Assembly: GCA_964569725.1 (NCBI GenBank)
Contig: CAZMUE010000001.1
Location: forward strand, 1-30,552
Length of the DNA stretch: 30,552 nucleotides
From: an uncultured Gammaproteobacteria bacterium
Lineage (GTDB): Bacteria; Patescibacteriota; Microgenomatia; UBA12405; CAZMUE01
Reading direction: 5' to 3'
Shown here: piece by piece, positions 5,772 to 14,495 of the stretch
Position numbering within the stretch: position 1 is the first letter of the stretch
Layout of the letters: each line of letters starts with the position of its first letter
Made by a program: the position numbers and the translations under genes
The notes under the pieces: model-generated
The model's input: only the letters and a program-made list of their open reading frames with translations
Databases searched by the model: none
What the model was told of the DNA's origin: nothing

Positions 5772-8651
5772 CTAATCTCCCTTTCTGATTAATACTTTTT
5801 CTATGTCTATAGGCACTGATGCGCTTAGGTAAATTTTCGCTATTTGCCCAACCGTCCATTTATACCAGGAACTAATCCTTACCAAATAATCCTCTGATTT
5901 CCCTGTCGGCTTTAGGTCAAAGTTTATTTCCGGACCCAGCAAATCAATCTTCACTCTCAATATCCCCTTTTGTTCTGATTTTATTCTTAACTGTAAGTAA
6001 TTACCTAAGGATTTATCAATTTCTTGTTTTAAATCCAAAGCCATCGTTTGCCCCACAGCTAAAGACGACACCGCAGGGCTTATCTCTTGTAAAATTATTG
6101 TTTTGCTCGAAGCCATTTTTGGATCGTAATTAGCCCAAATATATGGCAATTCGCTCAGCGGAAAGTCTTTGTCAACTGAACTTACCCCAACTAAACCAAT
6201 TCCCTTCTCTTTGTATTCGTTTATCTTCTGCGATACTGTTTTTTGGGTAAAGGCCCTTTTCTCTTCAAAGATCAAATAGTCATCTATCTCTCCTAATGGC
6301 TCGTAGTTACGGTAAATGAATTCGGTAATTCTAAAACTCCTCGCCTCGCTAGGAATATTATCAATGTGCCATCCAAACCAATCAAGTTTTCTAAAAATCA
6401 CTATTGGCATTTTCTCATTGTCATAGAACTCTTGAAGATTTTTTAGTGTAATTAGCTGTGACGGATCTGAAGAATAAAACAACGTGGGCAAGAAGAACTG
6501 CCCCGGAACTTCCCTATTGGTAAAAAAGTATAGCATCGGCGCATTGATAAACTCATAAAAAGTCTGCTCTTTGCTTAAACGAAAATCCAAAAACCGAGAT
6601 AAAGAACGATACTGACTATCGTCATTAATCACCACCCTGGCTTCTTTATCTCGCCAATTTTTAAACCAGAAGAGTTCTCCCTCCTTGGCTAAAACAGAAA
6701 AATTAGGAAAAAGAAAATGATAAAGAAGTAAAACAGTAACGAAAAAAATTTGCGCCGCTCTTCTGCTAATAGATTCTAAAGAAAAGGGGAAAACAAGCAA
6801 TAGAAATAAAAAGAAATAGGGGTTGAAACCCTCTATTAATCCATGCCTCGCCAAACCCCTAAAAGACAAAACCAAAGACATAATGGCAACAAAAGCAAGG
6901 ATAAAGTTCTGCGCGCCCACCTTCTCTCTGTTAATTAATTTCACAATAACTGTTAGAAAACAAACCGCAAAAAGCGCAGGGCAAAGCACATATTGAAAGA
7001 TTGCCAGCGGTGAATATCCTTTTGCTATAATCGCATAGCCCCCTATTAACGTATCTGCCTTAAGATACTGAAAAATTAAAGTGATCACATCTGCAATATT
7101 TTTCTGCTTTATCGCTAATAGAAGAATATAGAAAACAAATGAACCGCCAGCCACGTAAACGAATGATAGAAAGGCTTCTCTTAAATAGCGCCATTTGTTT
7201 TTCACGAAGAAAAGCAATAACATCAGAATCGAGCCCAGGAAAGTTGCCACTCCTAAGGAGGGGGTCCAGAGCGAAACAAAAATATTACTTAACCAAATCC
7301 AATAAAGTCGCTGGCTGGCTGGTTTCTTTAAAAAGAGGTAGAAACAAAGCACTGAAAGAAAAGAAAAGGCAACGTCTACGTTATAGAAATAAAAGCTCTC
7401 CGTTGGCAAAAGAATTATTGTCAAGAAACTAAAAATGGGACTTTTTGATATTGAATAGAGGACAAAATAAAGAATTATTGCCGCAAAGACTTTTGGTAAA
7501 AGTTCCCACCAAATCAACATCTCTAGGCCCCGATAACCATTGATCAAAGAATAAAATGATTGAAAAAGCAAATCAGAAAGACCATGGGCAGGAAGAAAAT
7601 CAACATAGGGAATCTTTCCGTATTGGAATAATTGCTGTACTGGGGTCGTTCTCTCCCCTTTGTGTAAAAGGTCAAAGGGACCAAGGGCTAAACCATGATT
7701 ATAATACCTAAACATAGCCAGGGCCGCAATAATGATCGGGAAATAAAAAAGCCAGAAAACTCTCTGAAGATTTTTTGGATTTTTCGCCTCTCTAATTTTC
7801 TTACGGAATAGCAATAAAGAGGCAAGAAAAGAAAATACTAGTAAAGAAATGGAAATTTCTCTAGCTGTAATTTTTGTCAGGGACGAAAGGCCAAACTGGA
7901 TTTCGTTAGCGATCGGAATTAAGAGTGGATAAAAAGACAGGGGGAGATGGAAGAACAAAATCGCATGATCGAGCAGTTTCTTCCCTAAATTATATTTTTT
8001 AGCTATGGTTATAGCTATTTGGTAAAGAACGAAAAATATTGCCAGGAAAATCGGATACCACAGAAAAAACCTGTTATCAACCTCTAGCTTTCCTCCGAAA
8101 ATAACCCACCACGCCGACCCGTAGAAGAACGGCGCCAATAGGGCAAGATCTATTATTGCTTGACTTGAAAATAAAACCAACAATTTAGGTTTCTTACTCC
8201 GAACAAAAACGTCCTTGAGAAAAATAATTAACAGATTAACGGCAGTTACGAAGAGGAGCACCCTGACAATGTTTATATAGAATCTTTTTTGAGTCAGGAG
8301 ATATAAAACGATCTCTGCTATGGAAAAAAGGCTCAGGAGAAAAATCCTTTTTTTTTGAGGCAAAACTAACCGATGACTTTTCTTGGTGAGTTGACTGTCA
8401 AACCAAGAAATGAGTGCGTAGCAAAGAACAAAGAAGAAAATGAAATACAGACAGGCCTTAGCATAAACCAGAGTTCTTAACCTAGGATCAATACCCATGA
8501 CGATCGCATTACCAATTGCCCTGTCAGTAAAACGACTGACCGAAATCGAAAACTTTTCTAAATTAAAACCAAAGAAGCCTCCTATTGACAACAAACCAAT
8601 TAGAGCGCACAAAGATAAGATCCATCCTTTTCTGCCTAATCTTTTTCCCAT
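5772..8651 (-). CDS. 959-aa polytopic membrane protein, putative GT-C-like glycosyltransferase
   Basis: Long ORF with very many TM segments. Loop DLLHKGE...GKIPYVDF...HG resembles GT-C first-loop motifs. Has a soluble C-terminal domain. Confidence 0.6.
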   Translation of the reverse strand: MGKRLGRKGWILSLCALIGLLSIGGFFGFNLEKFSISVSRFTDRAIGNAIVMGIDPRLRTLVYAKACLYFIFFFVLCYALISWFDSQLTKKSHRLVLPQKKRIFLLSLFSIAEIVLYLLTQKRFYINIVRVLLFVTAVNLLIIFLKDVFVRSKKPKLLVLFSSQAIIDLALLAPFFYGSAWWVIFGGKLEVDNRFFLWYPIFLAIFFVLYQIAITIAKKYNLGKKLLDHAILFFHLPLSFYPLLIPIANEIQFGLSSLTKITAREISISLLVFSFLASLLLFRKKIREAKNPKNLQRVFWLFYFPIIIAALAMFRYYNHGLALGPFDLLHKGERTTPVQQLFQYGKIPYVDFLPAHGLSDLLFQSFYSLINGYRGLEMLIWWELLPKVFAAIILYFVLYSISKSPIFSFLTIILLPTESFYFYNVDVAFSFLSVLCFYLFLKKPASQRLYWIWLSNIFVSLWTPSLGVATFLGSILMLLLFFVKNKWRYLREAFLSFVYVAGGSFVFYILLLAIKQKNIADVITLIFQYLKADTLIGGYAIIAKGYSPLAIFQYVLCPALFAVCFLTVIVKLINREKVGAQNFILAFVAIMSLVLSFRGLARHGLIEGFNPYFFLFLLLVFPFSLESISRRAAQIFFVTVLLLYHFLFPNFSVLAKEGELFWFKNWRDKEARVVINDDSQYRSLSRFLDFRLSKEQTFYEFINAPMLYFFTNREVPGQFFLPTLFYSSDPSQLITLKNLQEFYDNEKMPIVIFRKLDWFGWHIDNIPSEARSFRITEFIYRNYEPLGEIDDYLIFEEKRAFTQKTVSQKINEYKEKGIGLVGVSSVDKDFPLSELPYIWANYDPKMASSKTIILQEISPAVSSLAVGQTMALDLKQEIDKSLGNYLQLRIKSEQKGILRVKIDLLGPEINFDLKPTGKSEDYLVRISSWYKWTVGQIAKIYLSASVPIDIEKVLIRKGD

Positions 8652-8660
8652 GGTTGCCTA

Positions 8661-8669
8661 ATTCTACCA
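8661..8669 (-). promoter_or_regulatory. Extended -10 promoter (TGGTAGAAT), 9 nt upstream of ATG 8651
   Basis: Minus strand reads TGGTAGAAT-TAGGCAACC-ATG. Confidence 0.5.
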
Positions 8670-8739
8670 GAAACAATAAGTCTTAATACTATCACCCATA
8701 TCTTTATTATAAGACCTCTTTTCATCAGCTATCTAAAAA

Positions 8740-8748
8740 TGATAAAAT
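8740..8748 (+). promoter_or_regulatory. Extended -10 promoter (TGATAAAAT), 6 nt upstream of ATG 8755; leaderless-type
   Basis: Plus strand reads TGATAAAAT-CTGAAC-ATG, with no SD sequence. Confidence 0.55.
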
Positions 8749-8754
8749 CTGAAC

Positions 8755-9471
8755 ATGCCTAGAGACAAAAAAGAGAACAATGATTTTCGGGACGTCACCG
8801 TTGCCATGATTTCTCTCAATGAGGAAAAGGCTGTTGGCAAGGTGATCAGAGAAATCAAGAAAAACGTCCCCAAAGCGGAAATCCTAATTGTTGATAGCAG
8901 TAAAGACAAAACACCTCAAATCGCTAAAAAACTAGGGGCAAGAGTAATCCGGCAATTTCCTCCCCGGGGCTATGGAAAGGCCATGGACAAGGCCTTAAGA
9001 AACGCTAAGGGTGAAATCGTCATCACCATGGACTGTGACGCAACTTATCCATCAGAGTTAATTCCCAAAGTAACACAACTTATTCGTAATGGTTATGACC
9101 TTGTTAATTGTTCAAGAACTTCTAAAAGACCAAAGAACATGCCTTTTTTTAACTATATTGCCAATAGGCTTTTTGCCCTACTCACCACCATGGTTCATGG
9201 CATAAAGACTACCGACATCCATAGCGGCATGAGAGGTTACAGAAGATCAATGATAGAAAAACTATCTTTTGACCTAGGACAACACGCTCTCCCAGTAGAG
9301 CTACTCATTAAACCCGTTATTCACGGATACAAATTTAAAGAAATAAATATTCCTTATAAAGAAAGGCTTGGAAACACAACTCTCAGGCGGCTTAATGGAA
9401 CATGGTGGACTATAAAAAGGATTGTCAATCTCAAATTAAAGAAGAATAAATGCGCTTCTTTAAAAAATTAA
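8755..9471 (+). CDS. GT2 glycosyltransferase, DPM1/Ppm1-like; paralog of 1883..2566
   Basis: MISLNEE, VDSSKDKT, GYGKAM, TMDCD, DIHSGMRGY and EINIPYKERLG. Confidence 0.87.
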   Translation: MPRDKKENNDFRDVTVAMISLNEEKAVGKVIREIKKNVPKAEILIVDSSKDKTPQIAKKLGARVIRQFPPRGYGKAMDKALRNAKGEIVITMDCDATYPSELIPKVTQLIRNGYDLVNCSRTSKRPKNMPFFNYIANRLFALLTTMVHGIKTTDIHSGMRGYRRSMIEKLSFDLGQHALPVELLIKPVIHGYKFKEINIPYKERLGNTTLRRLNGTWWTIKRIVNLKLKKNKCASLKN

Positions 9472-12257
9472 TTCACAAAATTCCTGTCCGGCTGATAATC
9501 ATTGTCCTAATTTTAGCTCCTTTTTATAACGTCATCTTCCTGAACAAAACCCTATCTTCCTCACCCATCGCTCCGGGAACTTTTCCTAGTGGTCCCCTGG
9601 GAAGGGTATCAAACTGGGAAGGTATTAAAGAAACCTCTTATATGGATGTCGGTGCTTTTGCCTGGATAGACGAACCACTTACGCTCCTGGCTGGAAAATC
9701 ACTTAAAGAACGCAAAAGTCTTCTATGGAATCCGTATATTGGCTCATCCGTCCCCCTTATGGCAGAACTTCAATCGTCAATTTTCTTCCCTTTAAAAATA
9801 ATCATTTACGCTTTACCAAAAATTATTGCCTGGGATATTTTTTTAATTGTTAGACTTTTGATTTCGTCTCTTTTTTGCTACTTATACTTCAGGAAAATTA
9901 AGCTCTCCAGGGTCGCCGCAGTTTTTGGAACGATTTCCTTCTCGCTCTCTGGATATTTTTTGTATTATATCAACCTCTTCCATCTGAACTTAGAGCTTAT
10001 GATTCCTATTTTCTTCTTCGCTGCCGAATTGATAATAGAGAAATTTAATTCCACAAGGTTATTATTTCTCTTCCTAATCTCCCTCTCTTCCGTTTTTACA
10101 GGAATGTTCGAAAGTCTTCCGTTGATCTGGGGGATTTTTTGTCTTTACCTCATCGCAAAAACTATTCATATTGGCAAACAAAATGGAACGAAATATTTCC
10201 AAAAAATCATTATCGTTCTTGCAACTATGATCAGTGCTATTATTACAGCCAGTTTTTACATTATTCCCTTTTTGGAATATCTTCAGAAAACAAAAACCAT
10301 TCACGAACACTCCGTAGGATTGGGCTATATTCCCCTTAAAACAGCTATCTCCATCTTTATCCCTTTCTTTTTTGGGCCCCTTAACGGCTCCTGGAATAAA
10401 ATGAGCTCTACGGCAATTTTACCCTATCTTGGTTTTATCCCAGTTGGATTCGCATTAACAACTTTTTTCATTAAAGAAAGCAAGCATTTGATTTTCAGGG
10501 GCATTTTTTCTTTTATCGCCCTCCTTTGTTTTCTGAAAATCTTTGGATTCCCTCTTGTTAATTGGATTGGAAATATTCCGGGTTTTAATGTAATTATCTT
10601 TACTAAATATCTCGTCCCCATAGCCGCTTTTTCTATTTCTTCTTTGGCAGCAATTGCTGTAAACTCCTTACAGTCAAGCAAAAAATTTCCTCTGGCAATT
10701 TTCTCTATTCCCGTCTTCTTTATTACTATTGTCTCAATCTTCTATTTTTTAAACAAAATCAACGCCTATGAAGCGGGCTATTCTAAATACCTTGAGAGAG
10801 AAATCTTTTTCGCTTCGACCATCATCATCGTTTTCACTGCTTTCCTGATTATCAAGATAATAAAACCAAAAACAAATAAAATTATGCGCAAGCTCTTTGT
10901 TATCGCCCCTCTCTTTATTTTGTTGTTTGAGTTTTATCAACATGGATTCAGACTTTCTAGGGGCAGGGCAGAGAGGATGGACAGTTATAAAACCCCCGAC
11001 TTCATTGAATTCCTCAAAAAGGATCCGGAAAAATTTCGTGTATTTGCCATAGATCGAATCCTATATCCCAACACCGCGGTCGCGTATGGCATCGAGGATA
11101 TCAGGATAATTGATCCATTAACTCCAGGCGATTATTTGAGATTAATTGCTGCAACAATCGCGCCAGGCGTTAGAGAAAGATTTACCGGCGACGAATGGGA
11201 AAAACCAAACATTTCCGCAAAAGCACTGGATCTTTTGAACGTTAAATATGTCATTTCTATGAAAGATATCTTTAAAACGTTAGCCATTGACGAAATTCTT
11301 TCTAAGGCAACTATCAATGTCCCCCAAAAGGACTACGTCGGTAAAAGTTCATATTCTATAAATGGAGAAGAAAAAACCATTTTATTTGCCCATGCTCCTG
11401 CGGAAATCAAATTCAAAAAATTAATTGATTCAGAATCAACGAAAATGAGTTTTAGTTTGGGAATGAACCCAAGTCTTTATGATTCTAAATTCGGAGATGG
11501 CGTTGGATTTAGCATTTTTGTCAATACTCAGAAAAAGAAAAACCTTTCCGTTTTTGCAAAGGTTATCGACCCTAAGAATCGACAAGAAGACAGAATTTGG
11601 CATAACCACGAAATTAACCTTTTTCCTTACCTTAACAGTGAAATCGAGATCATCTTGAAAACCAATCCTCTTAAGAATAATGCTTATGATCAAATTGGCT
11701 GGGGGGATATCAGCTTCGATGACGAATCAAAAATGCAAAGGTTTAGTCTCGTCCACCAATCGAATGGAGTTCGCGTCTACGAAAACAAAAATTATCTTCC
11801 TCGGGTTTTTTTTGTTGACTCTGTTGAGAAAAGAAATAAAGAAGACATTCTTAAATTATTAAACGAAGAAACCATTGACTATCAAAAAACTGCCTTTGTC
11901 GAGGAAGATTTTCCTAGAAACTATTTAGAGAATGATCCCATTGTTTTTGAAGGCAAGGCAACTATAAAGAGCTATAATCATACCAGGATAGAAATATCGA
12001 CAAACATTAGCCAAAACTCATTTTTGATCATTTCTGATAATTATTATCCCGGCTGGAAAGTCTATTTAGACGGGAAAGAGGGGTACGTCTACAAAACAAA
12101 CGTTACCCTCAGAGGTGCTTTTGTTCCAGCTGGTACTCAGGAGGTTGTTTTCATCTATAAACCGAAATCATTACGATACGGAATAATGATCTCTCTAGCC
12201 GGATTATTATTCTTTGTAATCTGCAGAAGAATCGCGTCTCAAAGTGAAAGTAGATAG
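9450..12257 (+). CDS. YfhO-family membrane protein (GT-C glycosyltransferase) with an inserted extracytoplasmic beta-rich domain
   Basis: LLWNPY...P..AELQSSIFFP, FRVFAID..L.PN....YGI, LLNVKYVIS, ENKNYLPRVF and DNYYPGWKVYLDG...LRGAFVPAG.QEV.F.Y.P are YfhO hallmarks. Confidence 0.85.
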   Translation: MRFFKKLIHKIPVRLIIIVLILAPFYNVIFLNKTLSSSPIAPGTFPSGPLGRVSNWEGIKETSYMDVGAFAWIDEPLTLLAGKSLKERKSLLWNPYIGSSVPLMAELQSSIFFPLKIIIYALPKIIAWDIFLIVRLLISSLFCYLYFRKIKLSRVAAVFGTISFSLSGYFLYYINLFHLNLELMIPIFFFAAELIIEKFNSTRLLFLFLISLSSVFTGMFESLPLIWGIFCLYLIAKTIHIGKQNGTKYFQKIIIVLATMISAIITASFYIIPFLEYLQKTKTIHEHSVGLGYIPLKTAISIFIPFFFGPLNGSWNKMSSTAILPYLGFIPVGFALTTFFIKESKHLIFRGIFSFIALLCFLKIFGFPLVNWIGNIPGFNVIIFTKYLVPIAAFSISSLAAIAVNSLQSSKKFPLAIFSIPVFFITIVSIFYFLNKINAYEAGYSKYLEREIFFASTIIIVFTAFLIIKIIKPKTNKIMRKLFVIAPLFILLFEFYQHGFRLSRGRAERMDSYKTPDFIEFLKKDPEKFRVFAIDRILYPNTAVAYGIEDIRIIDPLTPGDYLRLIAATIAPGVRERFTGDEWEKPNISAKALDLLNVKYVISMKDIFKTLAIDEILSKATINVPQKDYVGKSSYSINGEEKTILFAHAPAEIKFKKLIDSESTKMSFSLGMNPSLYDSKFGDGVGFSIFVNTQKKKNLSVFAKVIDPKNRQEDRIWHNHEINLFPYLNSEIEIILKTNPLKNNAYDQIGWGDISFDDESKMQRFSLVHQSNGVRVYENKNYLPRVFFVDSVEKRNKEDILKLLNEETIDYQKTAFVEEDFPRNYLENDPIVFEGKATIKSYNHTRIEISTNISQNSFLIISDNYYPGWKVYLDGKEGYVYKTNVTLRGAFVPAGTQEVVFIYKPKSLRYGIMISLAGLLFFVICRRIASQSESR

Positions 12258-13174
12258 TCCCAGGTTTTTCTAATCCCCAACAAAAGATCGACCTGAGGAG
12301 TCCAATTAAACTCTCTGCGAAAACGAGAAATGTCTAAAATAATAGACCGAATATCGCTCGACCTCGCCGGAAGATATTCGGGATTAATTGATCTTTTTGT
12401 TACTTGCCTCATTAAATCAATGAGTTCGTTAAGAGTCGTTCCTTTACCACTCCCTAAGTTATAAATACTTTTCTTTGTCTTTTTCTTAAAAGAAACGGCA
12501 ATTCCTTTTATTAAATCAGAAATGTAAATGTAATCCCTTTTGTTTTCGCCATCACCAAAGATAATCGGCTGCTTGCCCTCTTTAATCATATTAAGGAAAA
12601 TAGGAATTACACCTTGCGTGCCAATAACATTTTGCCTCGGGCCATAAGGATTAGAAGCCCTAATAATCAAATGGTCTAACCCTTCCTTGACGCGAAAATA
12701 CCCTAAATATCTTTCTATTGCCAGCTTATTGATGGCATAAGGAGAAATTGGATAGGCAGCATCATCTTCCCGATGTAAAGATTTTTCATTCTCGCCGTAA
12801 ATCGCCCCTCCAGAAGAGATAAAGATAACTTTTTTTACTGATTTTTCTGAAGATAATAATTTGAAAAGCTCTAGCGAGCCCTTTAGGTTTGTTTCAATAT
12901 CAAATAAAGGATCTGCCATTGACGAAGCTGGATTGGTAGTTGAAACTAAATGAAAAACATAGTTAAATCCCTTAACAGCCTTACGAAGACTGTCCGTTTC
13001 TAAAAAATCGCCCTTGAATAAATCTACCCTCTGGGAAAGATGATCCACATTGATCGCCTTATTGTTTTTGAATCTGTCAAAAATTCTTACTCTATATTTC
13101 TCTGCTACCAATCTCTCTGCAAGATGGCTGCCAATAAAACCATCACCGCCTAAAATCAAACATTTATCTTTCAT
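12239..13174 (-). CDS. NAD-dependent epimerase/dehydratase (extended SDR, UDP-glucose 4-epimerase-like)
   Basis: GGDGFIG Rossmann motif, SSGGAIYG, YAINK (YxxxK), NPYGPRQ and RDYIYISD. Confidence 0.92.
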   Translation of the reverse strand: MKDKCLILGGDGFIGSHLAERLVAEKYRVRIFDRFKNNKAINVDHLSQRVDLFKGDFLETDSLRKAVKGFNYVFHLVSTTNPASSMADPLFDIETNLKGSLELFKLLSSEKSVKKVIFISSGGAIYGENEKSLHREDDAAYPISPYAINKLAIERYLGYFRVKEGLDHLIIRASNPYGPRQNVIGTQGVIPIFLNMIKEGKQPIIFGDGENKRDYIYISDLIKGIAVSFKKKTKKSIYNLGSGKGTTLNELIDLMRQVTKRSINPEYLPARSSDIRSIILDISRFRREFNWTPQVDLLLGIRKTWDYLLSL

Positions 13175-14495
13175 CTTTATCCTTGATTAATTTTCTATAA
13201 ATATTCTCTACCGCCTTTGCGTTATCTCCAATCGTAAACGGTTTTTTCATTTTTGCGGCCATAGCCGAAATTAAAGACGGATCACTAATAAATCTTAACA
13301 TTTTATCTTTTAACTCTCCTACATTATTGATCTCAAAATCAAAGCCGTTAACTCCATCTTTTACCAAATAAGTCATTCCTCCCAATCTAGTTACAATCAG
13401 AGGCGTTTTTGCTAAAAGTGAATTCTTGATAACTAGGGGGGCGTTCTCAAACCATCGAGATGGCACGATTAAAACATCTATTTTCTTAAAAACCTCACTA
13501 ATTTCATCCGCCGGAAAAGTTCCTAAAGAAGATATCCTTTTGTCCGCAATAATCGCTCTATTGATTTTAGCTCCATATATATCTTCTTTTATTTTCCCCC
13601 AGATCATGAGGCGAATGTTCTCGTTTTTTATTTCACTGAAAGCATCTAAAACAAGATCAAGCCCCTTTGAAGCAACAATAGAACCAATAAAGCCAAAAGT
13701 TAATCTTTTCCGCATAACCGGATATTTTTTTTCAAACCCTTCAAAGTAGCACTCCTGAATACCATCGTCTATAAATTTAATTTTATTTTTGCTTATACCC
13801 CATTTAACAAATTCGTCTCTTAACATCGGTGTTGGCGCTACAAATAAATCAATTCCTCTGATGAGTCGCTTAAATTCTTTATTTCTCAAAACAACTAATC
13901 TTTTGTAGAATTTTTTTGAGCAGGCAAAAATTACCCTCTTTAAAAAATTGTTTCTCAGCTGGAGGATTTCCTTTCTTGGAGAAACTATCCCCTCAAAATC
14001 CTGATCAATCATCTCATCCAATATACACCTGGCACAGTCAACCGAACGAAAATCATAACAAACGCGTCTTCTGTTTATCAATCTCTTGTGGGTTAGGCAC
14101 TGGATCCAAAAATCATGTAGCGTGTAGACTTGAGGTATGTGTCTTTCTCTGGCGATATTAGGAAATTCTATGGAAAAAAACATCAAATGATGATAATGAA
14201 TAATATCTGGCTTGAATTCATCAATTGTTTTTTCAAAAAAAGGAATCGTCCCCAGATCATTATAAGATTGCTCAAAAGTGCAATAATGCCGCACATCTTT
14301 ATCGAGAGTATAACAATCCAGCCCCTTATATCGATTTATTTTGACTTCATAAGTCCCCTCGCCTAAAGGATTAGTGGTAAAGATAAGAACCTTGTGTCCC
14401 CTCTTCTGTAACTCTTTCCCCAGTTCAAAAACGCAAATTTCTGTTCCCGAGAAATATTCTGGAAGAAAATCGTGCACTACTAATAGAATTTTCAT
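13164..14495 (-). CDS. GT4 (GT-B) glycosyltransferase with a 4-Cys insertion
   Basis: MKILLVVHDF.P...SGTE, PDIIH.HH, TLHDFW.C, FIGSI...KG.D and IVPSRWFENAPLV. Confidence 0.88.
   Translation of the reverse strand: MKILLVVHDFLPEYFSGTEICVFELGKELQKRGHKVLIFTTNPLGEGTYEVKINRYKGLDCYTLDKDVRHYCTFEQSYNDLGTIPFFEKTIDEFKPDIIHYHHLMFFSIEFPNIARERHIPQVYTLHDFWIQCLTHKRLINRRRVCYDFRSVDCARCILDEMIDQDFEGIVSPRKEILQLRNNFLKRVIFACSKKFYKRLVVLRNKEFKRLIRGIDLFVAPTPMLRDEFVKWGISKNKIKFIDDGIQECYFEGFEKKYPVMRKRLTFGFIGSIVASKGLDLVLDAFSEIKNENIRLMIWGKIKEDIYGAKINRAIIADKRISSLGTFPADEISEVFKKIDVLIVPSRWFENAPLVIKNSLLAKTPLIVTRLGGMTYLVKDGVNGFDFEINNVGELKDKMLRFISDPSLISAMAAKMKKPFTIGDNAKAVENIYRKLIKDKDER

Noticed and set aside
7139-7432. 97-aa Arg/Lys-rich + strand ORF
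   Set aside because: Antisense shadow of a Phe/Leu-rich TM region of the 959-aa gene.
8348-8356. A9 run (minus strand) in the 959-aa gene, and other A/T8 runs (11806, 20507, 28345, 28391), as slippage switches
   Set aside because: All ORFs are intact, and such runs are expected in AT-rich, Lys/Phe-rich genes. There is no evidence of variation without reads.
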